Position numbers and translations under genes: made by a program. This document shows positions 1-19,000 of a DNA stretch of 64,000 nt, one piece after another. Numbering within the stretch: the stretch's first letter is position 1; every line of letters starts with the position of its first letter. Source of the stretch: Eledone cirrhosa (lineage: Eukaryota); NCBI GenBank assembly GCA_964016885.1, contig OZ024741.1, positions 398,908,001 through 398,972,000 of the forward strand, in the 5' to 3' direction. Under the pieces are notes generated by a model. That model was not told where the DNA came from. It saw only the letters and a program-made list of their open reading frames with translations, and ran no database searches.

Positions 1-324
1 CATACTCTATATCATACACTATATCATATACTATATTTTACACTATATCATGCACTATATCATACACTATACCATACACTATCTCATACACTATACCATA
101 CTCTATATCATACAATATATCATATACTATATCATACACTATATCATACAATATACTATACACTATATCATACACTATACCATACTCTATATCATACATT
201 ATATAATATACTATATCATACACTATAACATACACTATACCATACTCTATTTCATACACTATATCATACACTATATCATACACTATACCATACATTATAT
301 AATACATTATATCATACACTATAT

Positions 325-3300
325 CATAAACTATATCTTACACTATATCATACACTATATCATACTCCATATCATACACTATATCATGCAATAAACCATA
401 CACTATATCATACACTAAATCATACACTATATCATACACTATATCATACACTATACCATACTCTACATCATACACTATATCATATACTATATCATACACT
501 ACATCATACAGTATACCATATACTATATCATACACTATATCATACAATATATTATACACTCTACCATTCACTATATCATACACTATATCATACTCTATAT
601 CATACAATATATCATACACTATATCATACACTATACAATACACTATATCATACACTATATCATACACTATACCATACACTATATCATATACAATATCATA
701 CACTATATCATACACTATATCATATACTAAATGATACACTATATCATACACTATATCCTACACTATACCATACTTTATACCATACACTATATCATATATT
801 AAATCATAGACTAGACCATACTCTATATCATACACTATATCATACACTAAACCATACACTATATCATACACTATATGATACACTATATCATACACTATAT
901 CGTACACTATATCATACACTATATCATACTCCATATCATACACTATATCATACACTAAACCATACACTATATGATACACTATATCATACACTATATAATA
1001 CTCCATATCATACACTATATCATACACTAAACCATACACTATATCATACACTATACCATACACTATATCATATATTATATCATACAATATATCATACACT
1101 ATATCATACACGATATCCTACTCTATATCATACACTATATCATACACTTTATCATATGCTATATCATACACTATACCATACACTATATCATATACTATAT
1201 CATACAATATATCATATACTATATCATACACTATACCATATACTATACCATACACTATATCATACTCTATATCGTACTCTATATCATACACTATATCATA
1301 CACTATACCACACACTATATCATATACTATATCATACACGATATCATACACTATATCTTACACTATATAATACACTATGTAATACTCAATATCATACAAC
1401 CATATCATACACTATATCATACGCTATATCATATACAGTAACATAATCTATATCATACTCTATATCATACACTATACCATACACTATATCATACACTATA
1501 TCATACACTATACCATACACTAGATCATATAATATATCATACAATATATCATACACTATATCATACACGATATCCTACTCTATATCATACACTATACCAT
1601 ACTTTATATCATACAATATACCATACACTATATCATACACTATATCATACACTATATCATACACTATATCATACACTATATCATATACTATATCATAGAC
1701 TATATCATACTCTATATCATACACTATATCATAGACTATATACTATTTCATACACTATATCATACATTATACTATACTCTATGTCATATACTATATCATA
1801 CTCTATATCATACACTATATCATACACGATATCATACACTATATCATACACTATACCATACTCTATATCATACAGTATAACATACACTATACCATAGTCT
1901 ATATGATACACTATATCATACACTATATCATACATTATATCATACACTATAACATACACTATACCATACTTTATATCATACATGATATCAAATACTATAT
2001 CATATAATATACCATACACTATATCATACTCTATAGCATACACTATAATATACACTATATCAAACACTATATCATATACTATATCATACACTATATCTTC
2101 CACTATATCATAATACTATATCATACACTATATCATACACTATATCATACACTATATCATACACTATACCATACTCTATATCATACACTATATCATACAC
2201 TATATCATACACTAAACCATACACTACATCATACACTATATCATACACTATATCATACACTATACCATACATAATATTATATACTATATCATACACTATA
2301 TCATACACTATATCTTACATTATATTATACTCTATATTGTACTCCATAGCATACACTATATCATACACTAAACCATACACTATATGATACAATATATCAT
2401 ACACTATATCATACACTATCCCATACTCTATATCATACACTATATCATATAGTATGTCGTACACTATATCATACACTATATGATACACTATATGATACAC
2501 TATATCATATATTATATCATACACTATATTATATACGATATAATACATTATATTATATACTATATCATACACTATATGATACACTATATCATACACAATA
2601 TCCTACTCTATATCATACACTATATCATACACTCAACCATACACTATATCATACACTATATCATACACTATATCATACACTATACCATATATTATATCAT
2701 ACACTATATCATACATTATATCATACACTATATCATATACTGTATCATATACTATATCATACACTATATCATATACAGTATCATACTCTATATCATACTT
2801 TATATCATAAACTATACCATACACTATATCATACACTATATCATACACTATATCATACACTATATCATACACTATATCATACACTATACCATACACTATA
2901 CCATATATCATATACTATATCATACACTATATCATAAACTATATCTTACACTATATCATACACTATATCATACTCCATATCATACATTATATCATACAAT
3001 AAACCATACACTATATCATACACTATATCATAGACTGTATCATACACTATATCATACACTATAACATAATCTATATCATACACTATAACATATACTATAT
3101 CATACACTACATCATACACTATACCATACACTATATCATACACTATATCATACACTATATCATACATTATATCATACACTATAACATACACTATATTATA
3201 TACTATATCATACACTATATCATACACTATACCATACTCTATATCATACACTATATCATATACTATATCATACACTACATCATACAGTATACCATACACT

Positions 3301-5830
3301 ATATCATACACTATATCATACAATATATTATACACTCTACAATTCACTATATCATACACTATATCATACTCTATATCATACAATATATCATACACTATAT
3401 CATACACTATACAATACACTATATCATACACTATATCATACACTATACCATACACTATATCATATACAATATCATACACTATATCATACACTATATTATA
3501 TACTAAATGATACACTATATCATACACTATATCCTACACTATACCATACTTTATACCATACACTATATCATATATTAAATCATAGACTAGACCATACTCT
3601 ATATCATACACTATATCATACACTAGACCATACACTATATCATACACTATATGATACACTATATCATACACTATATCGTACACTATATCATACACTATAT
3701 CATACTCCATATCATACACTATATCATACACTAAACCATACACTATATGATACACTATATCATACACTATATAATACTCCATATCATACACTATATCATA
3801 CACTAAACCATACACTATATCATACACTATACCATACACTATATCATATATTATATCATACAATATATCATACACTATATCATACACGATATCCTACTCT
3901 ATATCATACACTATACCATATATTATATCATACACTATATCATACACTTTATCATATGCTATATCATACACTATACCATACACTATATCATATACTATAT
4001 CATACAATATATCATATACTATATCATACACTATACCATATACTATACCATACAATATATCATACTCTATATCATACTCTATATCATACACTATATCATA
4101 CACTATACCACACACTATATCATATACTATATCATACACGATATCATACACTATGTCTTACACTATATAATACACTATGTAATACTCAATATCATACAAC
4201 CATATCATACACTATATCATACGCTATATCATATACAGTAACATAATCTATATCATACTCTATATCATACACTATACCATACACTATATCATACACTATA
4301 TCATACACTATACCATACACTAGATCATATACTATATCATACAATATATCATACACTATATCATACACGATATCCTACTCTATATCATACACTATACCAT
4401 ACTTTATATCATACACTATACCATACACTATATCATACACTATATCATACACTATATCATACACTATATCATACACTATATCATACTCTATATCATACAG
4501 TATAACATACACTATACCATAGTCTATATGATACACTATATCATACACTATATCATACATTATATCATACACTATAACATACACTATACCATACTTTATA
4601 TCATACATTATATCAAATACTATATCATATAATATACCATACACTATATCATACTCTATAGCATACACTATAATATACACTATATCATACACTATATCAT
4701 ATACTATATCATACACTATATCTTCCACTATATCATAATACTATATCATACACTATATCATACACTATATCATACACTATATCATACACTATACCATACT
4801 CTATATCATACACTATATCATACACTATATCATACACTAAACCATACACTACATCATACACTATATCATACACTATATCATACACTATACCATACATAAT
4901 ATTATATACTATATCATACACTATATCATACACTATATCTTACATTATATTATACACTATATTGTACTCCATAGCATACACTATATCATACACTAAACCA
5001 TAGACTATATGATACAATATATCATACACTATATCATACACTATCCCATACTCTATATCATACACTATATCATATAGTATATCGTACACTATATCATACA
5101 CTATATGATACACTATATGATACACTATATCATATATTATATCATACACTATATTATATACGATATAATACATTATATTATATACTATATCATACACTAT
5201 ATGATACACTATATCATACACAATATCCTACTCTATATCATACACTATATCATACACTCAACCATACACTATATCATACACTATATCATACACTATATCA
5301 TACACTATACCATATATTATATCATACACTATATCATACATTATATCATACACTATATCATATACTGTATCATATACTATATCATACACTATATCATATA
5401 CAGTATCATACTCTATATCATACTTTATATCATAAACTATACCATACACTATATCATACACTATATTATACACTATATCATACACTATATCATACACTAT
5501 ATCATACACTATATCATACACTATACCATACACTATACCATATATCATATACTATATCATACACTATATCATAAACTATATCTTACACTATATCATACAC
5601 TATATCATACTCCATATCATACATTATATCATACAATAAACCATACACTATATCATACACTATATCATACACTGTATCATACACTATATCATACACTATA
5701 ACATATACTATATCATACACTACATCATACACTATACCATACACTATATCATACACTATATCATACACTATATCATACATTATATCATACACTATAACAT
5801 ACACTATATTATATACTATATCATACAATA
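325..5830 (+). repeat. Higher-order tandem duplication, about 2.6 kb unit (two copies plus the start of a third)
   Basis: Matching ORF pairs: 758..1111/3534..3887 (offset 2776), 1156..1446/3956..4246 (2800), 2108..2308/4733..4933 and 2315..2596/4940..5221 (2625). Rare marker caataaaccata at 389, 2997 and 5634. Confidence 0.9.
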
Positions 5831-7559
5831 TATCATACACTATACCATTCACTATATCATACACTATACCATATACTATATCATACTCTATATCATACAT
5901 TATATCATACTCTATATCATACACTATATCATACACTATATCATACACTATACAATACACTATATCATACACTATATCATACATTATACCATACACTATA
6001 TCATATACTATATCATAAACTATATCATACACTATATCATACACTATACCATACTTTATATCATACAATATATCATACACTATATCATGCACTATGTCGT
6101 ACACTATATCATACACTATATCATACACCATATGATAAACTATATCATACACTAAACGATACATTATATCATACACTATATCATACACTATATCATACAC
6201 AATACCATAATCTATATCATACACTATATCATATATTATATCATAGATTATATCATACACTATATCATATAATATATCATAAACTATATCATATGCAATA
6301 TTATACACTATGCCATATATTATATCATACACTATATCATACGCTATATCATATACTATATCATACACTATACCATACACTATATCATATACTATATCAT
6401 ACACTATATCATATACTATATCATACACTATACCATATACTATATCATACACTATCTCATACTCTATATCATACACTATATCATATAATATATCATGCAC
6501 TGTATCATACACTATATCATACACTATATCATACACTATATCATATAGTATATCATACAATATATCATATACTATATCATACACTATACCATATAGTATA
6601 TCATACACTATCTCATACTCTATATCATACACTATACCATACATTATATCATACACTATATCATACGCTATACCACATACTATATCATACACTATCTCAT
6701 ACTCTATATCATACACTATATCATATAATATATCATGCACTGTATCATACACTATATCATACACTATGTCATACACTATATCATATACTATTATACACTG
6801 TATCATATACTATATCATATACTCTATCATATACTATATCATATACTATATAATACACTATATCATATACTATAGCATATAATATCTCATACACTATATC
6901 ATATACTATATCATACATATATCATTTACTATATCATATACTATATCATATACTATATCATACACTATATCATATACTATATCATATACTATATCATACA
7001 CTATATCATACACTATATCATACACTATATCATACACTATATCATATAATATATCATGCACTGTATCATACACTATATCATACACTATATCATACACTAT
7101 ATCATGTACTATATCATACACTATATAATATAATATATCATATACTATATCATACACTACATCATACACTATATCATACACTATATCATACACTATATCA
7201 TACACTATATCTTACACTATATCATATACTATATCATACACTATATCATACACTATATCATACACTATATCATACACTATATCATATACTATATCATACA
7301 ATATATCATATACTATATCATACACTATACCATACTCTATATCATACACTATATCATATACTATATCATACATTATATCATACACTATATCATACACTAT
7401 ACCATACACTATATCATACACTATATCATATAATATATCATACACTATATCATACACTATATCATACACTATACCATACTCTATATCATACACCATATCA
7501 TATACTATATCATACACTATATCATACACTATATCATACACTATACCATACACTATATG

Positions 7560-10500
7560 ATACACTATACCATACACTATATCATACATTATATCCTACT
7601 CTATATCATACACTATACCATACATTATATCTTATACTATATCATACTCTATATCATATACTATATTATACACTATACCATATATTATATCATACACTAT
7701 ATCATACACTTTATCATATACTATATCATCCACTATATCATACACTACATCATACGCTATATCATACACTATATCATACACTATATCATACACTATATCA
7801 TACACTATACCATACTCTATATCATACACCATATCATACACAATATCATACAATAAAGCATACACTATATCATACACTATATCATACACTATATCATACA
7901 TTATATCATACACTATATCATACACTATATCATATATTATATCATACAATATATCATAAACTATACCATTCACTATATCATACTCTATACCATATACTAT
8001 ATCATACTCTATATCATACATTATATCATACTCTATATCATACACTATATCATACACTATATCATACACTATACAATACACTATATCATACACTATATCA
8101 TACACTATACCATACACTATATCATATACTATATCATAAACTATATCATACACTATATCATACACTATACCATACTTTATATCATACACTATATCATATA
8201 TTTTATCATAGACTAGACTATACTCTATATCATACACTATATCATACACTAAACCATACACTATATCATACAATATATCATACACTATATCATGCACTAT
8301 ATCGTACACTATATCATACACTATATCATACTCCATATGATACACTATATCATACACTAAACCATACACTATATCATACACTATATCATACACTATATCA
8401 TACACTATACCATACTCTATATCATACACTATATCATATATTATGTCATACACTATATCATACACTATATCATATACTATATCATACACTATATCATTAC
8501 AGTATATCATACACTATACCATACACTATATCATATACTATATCATAAAATATATCATACACTATATCATACATTATATCCTTCTCTATATCATACACTA
8601 TACCATACATTATATCTTATACTATATCATACTCTATATCATATACTATATTATACACTATACCATATATTATATCATACACTATATCATACACTTTATC
8701 ATATACTATATCATCCACTATATCATACACTACATCATACGCTATATCATATACTATATCATACACTATAACATACACTATATCATATATTATATCATAC
8801 ACTATATCATATACTATATGATACACTATACCATATAGTATATCATACATTATATCATACACGATATCATACACTATATCATACTCTGTATCATACTCTA
8901 TATCATACACAATATCATATAGTATATCATACACTATGTCATACACTAAATCATATACTATATCATGCACTGTATCATATACTATATCATATACTATATC
9001 ACATACTATATCATGTACTATATCATAAACTATATCATACATATATCATATACTATATCATATACTATATCATATACTATAGCATATACTATATCATACA
9101 CTATATCATATACTATATCATATACTATATCATATACTATATCATATACTATATCATACACTATATCATATACTATATCATATACTATATCATACACTAT
9201 ATCATATACTATATCATATACTATATCATACACTATATCATACACTATATCATACACTATATCATACACTATATCATATAATATATCATGCACTGTATCA
9301 TACACTATATCATACACTATATTATACACTATATCATATACTATATCATACACTATATCATATAATATATCATAAACTATATCATACACTATATCATACA
9401 CTATGTCATACACTATATCATACACTATATCATACACTATATCTTACACTATATCATATACTATATCATACACTATATCATACACTATATCATACACTAT
9501 ATCATACACTATATCATATATTATATCATACAATATATCATATACTATATCATACACTATACCATTCTCTATATCATACTCTATATCATATACTATATCA
9601 TACATTATATCATTCACTATATCATACAATATACCATACATTATATCATACACTATATCATATACTATATCATATACTATATCATGCACTATATCATACA
9701 CTATACCATACTCTATATCATACACTATATCATATACTATATCATACACTATATCATACACTATATCATACAATATACAATACACTATATCATACACTAT
9801 ACCATACTCTATATCATACAATATATCATATACTATCTCATACACTATATCATACAATATACTATACACTATATCATACACTATACCATACTCTATATCA
9901 TACACTATATCATACACTATATCATACACTATACCATACTCTATATCATACTCTATATCATATACTATATGATACACTATACCATTCTCTATGACATATA
10001 ATATATCATACACTATATCATACACTATATCATACATTATATCATACACTATATCATACACTATATCATATACTATATCATACAATATATCATACACTAT
10101 ACCATACACTATATCATACACTATATCTTACACTATATCATACACTATATCATACTCCATATCATACACTATATCATACACTATACCATACACTGTATCA
10201 TACACTATATCTTACACTACATCATACATTATATCATATACTATATGATACACTATGCCATATACTATATCATATAATATATCATATACTATATCATACA
10301 CTAAACCATACACTATATCATACATAATATCATACACTATATTATACACTACACCATACTCTATATCATACAATATATCATATACTATATCATACTCTAT
10401 ATCATACACTATATCATACACTAAACCATACACTATATCATACACTATATCATACACTATATCATACACTATATCGTACACTATATTATACACTATATCA

Positions 10501-13500
10501 TACTCCATATCATACACTATATCATACACTAAACCATACACTATATCATACACTATATCATACACTATATCATACACTATACCATTCTCTATATCATACT
10601 CTATATCATATATTATATCATACTTTATATAATACACTATATCATATACAATATCATACACTATATCAATACTGTACATCATACACTATACCATACACTA
10701 TATCGTACACTATATCATACACTATATCATACTCCATATGATACACTATATCATACACTAAACCATACACTATATCATACACTATATCATACACTATATC
10801 ATACACTATACCATACTCTATATCATACACTATATCATATATTATGTCATACACTATATCATACACTATATCATATACTATATCATACACTATATCATTA
10901 CAGTATATCATACACTATACCATACACTATATAATATACTATATCATAAAATATATCATACACTATATCATACATTATATCCTACTCTATATCATACACT
11001 ATACCATACATTATATCTTATACTATATCATACTCTATATCATATACTATATTATACACTATACCATATATTATATCATACACTATATCATACACTTTAT
11101 CATATACTATATCATCCACTATATCATACACTACATCATACGCTATATCATACACTATATCATACACTATATCATACACTATATCATACACTATACCATA
11201 CTCTATATCATACACCATATCATACACAATATCATACAATAAAGCATACACTATATCATACACTATATCATACACTATATAATACATTATATCATACACT
11301 ATATCATACACTATATCATATATTATATCATACAATATATCATAAACTATACCATTCACTATATCATACTCTATACCATATACTATATCATACTCTATAT
11401 CATACATTATATCATACTCTATATCATACACTATATCATACACTATATCATACACTATACAATACACTATATCATACACTATATCATACACTATACCATA
11501 CACTATATCATATACTATATCATAAACTATATCATACACTATATCATACACTATACCATACTTTATATCATACACTATATCATATATTTTATCATAGACT
11601 AGACTATACTCTATATCATACACTATATCATACACTAAACCATACACTATATCATACAATATATCATACACTATATCATGCACTATATCGTACACTATAT
11701 CATACACTATATCATACTCCATATGATACACTATATCATACACTAAACCATACACTATATCATACACTATATCATACACTATATCATACACTATACCATA
11801 CTCTATATCATACACTATATCATATATTATGTCATACACTATATCATACACTATATCATATACTATATCATACACTATATCATTACAGTATATCATACAC
11901 TATACCATACACTATATCATATACTATATCATAAAATATATCATACACTATATCATACATTATATCCTACTCTATATCATACACTATACCATACATTATA
12001 TCTTATAATATATCATACTCTATATCATATACTATATTATACACTATACCATATATTATATCATACACTATATCATACACTTTATCATATACTATATCAT
12101 CCACTATATCATACACTACATCATACGCTATATCATATACTATATCATACACTATAACATACACTATATCATATATTATATCATACACTATATCATATAC
12201 TATATGATACACTATACCATATACTATATCATACATTATATCATACACGATATCATACACTATATCATACTCTGTATCATACTCTATATCATACACAATA
12301 TCATATAGTATATCATACACTATGTCATACACTAAATCATATACAATATCATGCACTGTATCATATACTATATCATATACTATATCATATACTATATCAT
12401 GTACTATATCATAAACTATATCATACATATATCATATACTATATCATATACTATATCATATACTATAGCATATACTATATCATACACTATATCATATACT
12501 ATATGATATACTATATCATATACTATATCATATACTATATCATACACTATATCATATACTATATCATATACTATATCATACACTATATCATATACTATAT
12601 CATATACTATATCATACACTATATCATACACTATATCATACACTATATCATACACTATATCATATAATATATCATGCACTGTATCATACACTATATCATA
12701 CACTATATTATACACTATATCATATACTATATCATACACTATATCATATAATATATCATATACTATATCATACACTATATCATACACTATGTCATACACT
12801 ATATCATACACTATATCATACACTATATCTTACACTATATCATATACTATATCATACACTATATCATACACTATATCATACACTATATCATACACTATAT
12901 CATATATTATATCATACAATATATCATATACTATATCATACACTATACCATTCTCTATATCATACTCTATATCATATACTATATCATACATTATATCATT
13001 CACTATATCATACAATATACCATACATTATATCATACACTATATCATATACTATATCATATACTATATCATGCACTATATCATACACTATACCATACTCT
13101 ATATCATACACTATATCATATACTATATCATACACTATATCATACACTATATCATACAATATACAATACACTATATCATACACTATACCATACTCTATAT
13201 CATACAATATATCATATACTATCTCATACACTATATCATACAATATACTATACACTATATCATACACTATACCATACTCTATATCATACACTATATCATA
13301 CACTATATCATACACTATACCATACTCTATATCATACTCTATATCATATACTATATGATACACTATACCATTCTCTATGACATATAATATATCATACACT
13401 ATATCATACACTATATCATACATTATATCATACACTATATCATACACTATATCATATACTATATCATACAATATATCATACACTATACCATACACTATAT

Positions 13501-14090
13501 CATACACTATATCTTACACTATATCATACACTATATCATACTCCATATCATACACTATATCATACACTATACCATACACTGTATCATACACTATATCTTA
13601 CACTACATCATACATTATATCATATACTATATGATACACTATGCCATATACTATATCATATAATATATCATATACTATATCATACACTAAACCATACACT
13701 ATATCATACATAATATCATACACTATATTATACACTACACCATACTCTATATCATACAATATATCATATACTATATCATACTCTATATCATACACTATAT
13801 CATACACTAAACCATACACTATATCATACACTATATCATACACTATATCATACACTATATCGTACACTATATTATACACTATATCATACTCCATATCATA
13901 CACTATATCATACACTAAACCATACACTATATCATACACTATATCATACACTATATCATACACTATACCATTCTCTATATCATACTCTATATCATATATT
14001 ATATCATACTTTATATAATACACTATATCATATACAATATCATACACTATATCAATACTGTACATCATACACTATACCATACACTATATC
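7560..14090 (+). repeat. Higher-order duplication with constant 3,386-bp offset
   Basis: ORF pairs 7632..8510/11018..11896, 8617..9042/12003..12428, 9030..9437/12416..12823, 9444..10121/12830..13507 and 10212..10682/13598..14068 are all offset by 3386 with near-identical translations. Confidence 0.93.
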
Positions 14091-16089
14091 ATATACTATA
14101 TCATACATTATATCATACACTATATCATACACGATATCCTACTCTATATCATACGCTATACCATATATTATATCATACACTATATCATACACTTTATCAT
14201 ATACTATACCATATACTATATCATACACTATATCATACTCTATATCATACTCTATATCATATACTATATCATACACTATATCATACACTATATCTTACAC
14301 TATATAATACGCTATGTAATACTCAATATCATACACTATATCATATACTATATATTATTTCATACACTATATCATATATTGTATCATATACTATATCATA
14401 CACTATATCATATAGAGTATCATAAACTATATCATACTCTATATCATACACGATACCAAACACTATATCATACACTATATCATACACTATATCATACACT
14501 ATATCATACACTATATCATAGACTATATACTATTTCATACACTATATCATACACTATATCATACATTATACTATACTCTATATCATATACTATATCATAC
14601 TCTATATCATACACTATATCATACACGATATCATACACTATAACATACACTATACCATACTCTATATCATACACTATATCATACACTATATCATACACTA
14701 TATCATACATTATAACATACACTATACCATACCTAATATCACACACTATATCATATACTATATCATATACTATACGATACACTATATAATACTCTATATT
14801 ATACACTATATCATACACTATATCATACACTATATCATATACTATATCATACAATATATCTTCCACTATATCATAATAATATATCATACACTTTATCATA
14901 CACTATATCATACACTATATCATACACTGTATCATACACTAAACCATACACTATATCATACACTATATCATACACTATATCATACACTATACCATACACT
15001 ATATCATACTCCATATCATACACTATATCATACACTAAACCATACACTATATCATACACTATATTATACACTATATCATACACTATCCCATACTATATAT
15101 CATACACTATATCATATAGTATATCATACACTATATCATACACTATATAATACACTAAATCATACACTATATCATACACTATATGATACACTATATCATA
15201 CACTATATCATATATTATATCATACACTATATTTTATACTATATAATACACTATATCATAAAATATATCATACACTATATCATACACTATATCATACACT
15301 AAACCATACACTATATCATACACTATATCATACACTATATCATACACTATACCATATACTATATCATACACTATATCATATACTATATCATACACTATAT
15401 CATATACTATATCATATACTATATCATACACTATATCATATACAGTATCATACTCTATATCATACTTTATATCATAAACTATACCATACACTATATGATA
15501 CACTATATCATACACTATATCATACACTATATCATACACTATATCATATACTATATCAAACACTATATCATACTGTATATCATACACTATATCATACACT
15601 ATATCATACATTATACTATACTCTATATCATATACTACATCATACTCTATATCATACACGATATCATACATTTTATCATACACTATATCATACACTATAC
15701 CATACACTATTTCATACACTATATCTTACACTACATCATACACTACACCATACACTATATCATACTCTATATCATACACTATATCATACACTATATCATA
15801 CACTATATCATATACAATATCATACACTATATCATACACTATATCATACACTATATCATACAATATATCATACACTATATCATACACTATACCATACTCT
15901 ATATCATACACTATATCATACATTATATCATCCACTAGATCATCTCTATATCATACACTATATCATACACTAAACCATACATTGTATCATACACTATATC
16001 ATACACTATATCATACACTATACCATACACTATATCATATACTATATCATACACTATATCATACACTATATCTTACACTATATCATACA

Positions 16090-19000
16090 CTATATCATAC
16101 TCTATATCATACACTATATCATACACTATACCATACACTGTATCATACACTATATCTTACACTACATCATACACTATATCATATACTATATGATACACTA
16201 TGCCATATACTATATCATATACTATATCATACACTATATCATACACTAAACCATACACTATATAATACACTATATCATACACTATATCATACACTATATG
16301 ATATACTATATGATACACTATATTATACACTACATCATACACTATATCATACACTATATCATTCACTATATCATACACTATATCATATACTATATCATAC
16401 TCTATATCATACACTATATCATACACTATATCATACACTATATCATACACTATACCATACACTATATCATACACTACACCATACACTATATCATATTCTA
16501 TATCATACACTATATAATACACTATATCATACACTATATCATAAACTATACCATACAATATATCATGCACTATATGATATTCTATATCATACACTATATC
16601 ATACACTATATCATATACAATATCATACACTATATCATACACAATATTTATACTATATCATACACTATATCATACACTATATCATATATTATATCATAAA
16701 CTATATCATACACTATATCATATACTATATCATAAACTATATCATACACTATATCATACAATATACCATACTTTAAATCATACACTATATCATATACTAT
16801 ATCATATATTATATCATACACTATAACATACTCTATATTATACACTATATCATACAATATATCATATACTGTATCATATACTATATCATACACTATATCA
16901 TACACTATATCATATACTATATCATACTCTATATCATACACTACACCATACACTATATTCTACACTATAACATACACTATATCATACTCTATATCATAAA
17001 CAATCTCATACACTATATCATACTCTATATCATACACTATATCAAACACTATAAACTATTTCATACACTATATCATACACTATATCATACATTATACTAT
17101 ACTCTATATCATATACTATATCATACTCTATATCATCCACTATAGCATACACTATATCATACACTATATCATACACTATATCATACTCTATATTATACAC
17201 TATACCATATTCTATATCATACACTATACCATACACTATACCATACTCTATATCATACACGATATCATACACTATATCATACACTATACCATACTCTATA
17301 TGATACACTATATCATACACTATATCATATACTATATCATACAATATACCATACTTTATATCATACACTATATCATACACTATATCATATACAATATCAT
17401 ACACTATATCATACACTATACCATACTGTATATCATACACTATATCATACATTATATCATACACTAGATCATCTCTATATCATACACTATATCATACACT
17501 AAACCATACATTGTATCATACACTATATCATACACTATATCATACACTATACCATACACTATATCATATACTATATCATACACTATATCAGACACTATAT
17601 CTTACAGTATATCATACATTATATCATACTCCATATCATACACTATATCATACACTATACCATACACTGTATCATACACTATATCTTACACTATATCATA
17701 CACTATATCATATACTATATGATACACTATGCCATATAGTATATCATATACTATATCATATACTATATCATAGACTAAACCATACACTATATCATACATA
17801 ATATCATACACTATATTATACACTACACCATACTCTATATCATACAATATATCATATACTATATTATACACTATATCATACACTATATCATACACTATAC
17901 CATACACTATATCATATAATATATCATACACTATACCATACACTAAACCATACACTATATCATACACTATATCATACACTATACGATATACTATATGATA
18001 CATTATATCATATACTATATCATACACTATATCATACACTAAACCATACACTATATAATACACTATATCATACACTATATCATACACTATATGATATACT
18101 ATATGATACACTATATCATACACTACATCATACACTATATCATACACTATATCATTCACTATATCATACACTATATCATATACTATATCATACTCTATAT
18201 CATACACTATATCATACACTATACCATACAATATATCATACACTATACCATACACTATATCATACTCTATATCATACACTATCTCATACACTATATCATA
18301 CACTATACCATACACTATATCATACACAATACCATACACTATATCATACTCTATATCATACACTATATCATACACTATATCTTACACTATATCATACACT
18401 ATATCATACTCTATATCATACACTATATCATACACTATACCATACACTGTATCATACACTATATCTTACACTACATCATACACTATATCATATACTATAT
18501 GATACACTATGCCATATACTATATCATATACTATATCATACACTATATCATACACTAAACCATACACTATATAATACACTATATCATACACTATATCATA
18601 CACTATATGATATACTATATGATACACTATATTATACACTACATCATACACTATATCATACACTATATCATTCACTATATCATACACTATATCATATACT
18701 ATATCATACTCTATAACATACACTATATCATACACTATATCATACACTATATCATACACTACACCATACACTATATCATATTCTATACCATACACTATAT
18801 AATACACTATATCATACACTATATCATAAACTATACCATACAATATATCATGCACTATATGATATTCTATATCATACACTATATCATACACTATATCATA
18901 TACAATATCATACACTATATCATACACAATATTTATACTATATCATACACTATATCATACACTATATCATATATTATATCATAAACTATATCATACACTA

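Noticed and set aside
2490-2510. Perfect hairpin ATATGATA-CACTA-TATCATAT as a terminator
   Set aside because: It is a weak AT-rich 8-bp stem produced by two common monomer variants, with no U tract or gene context.
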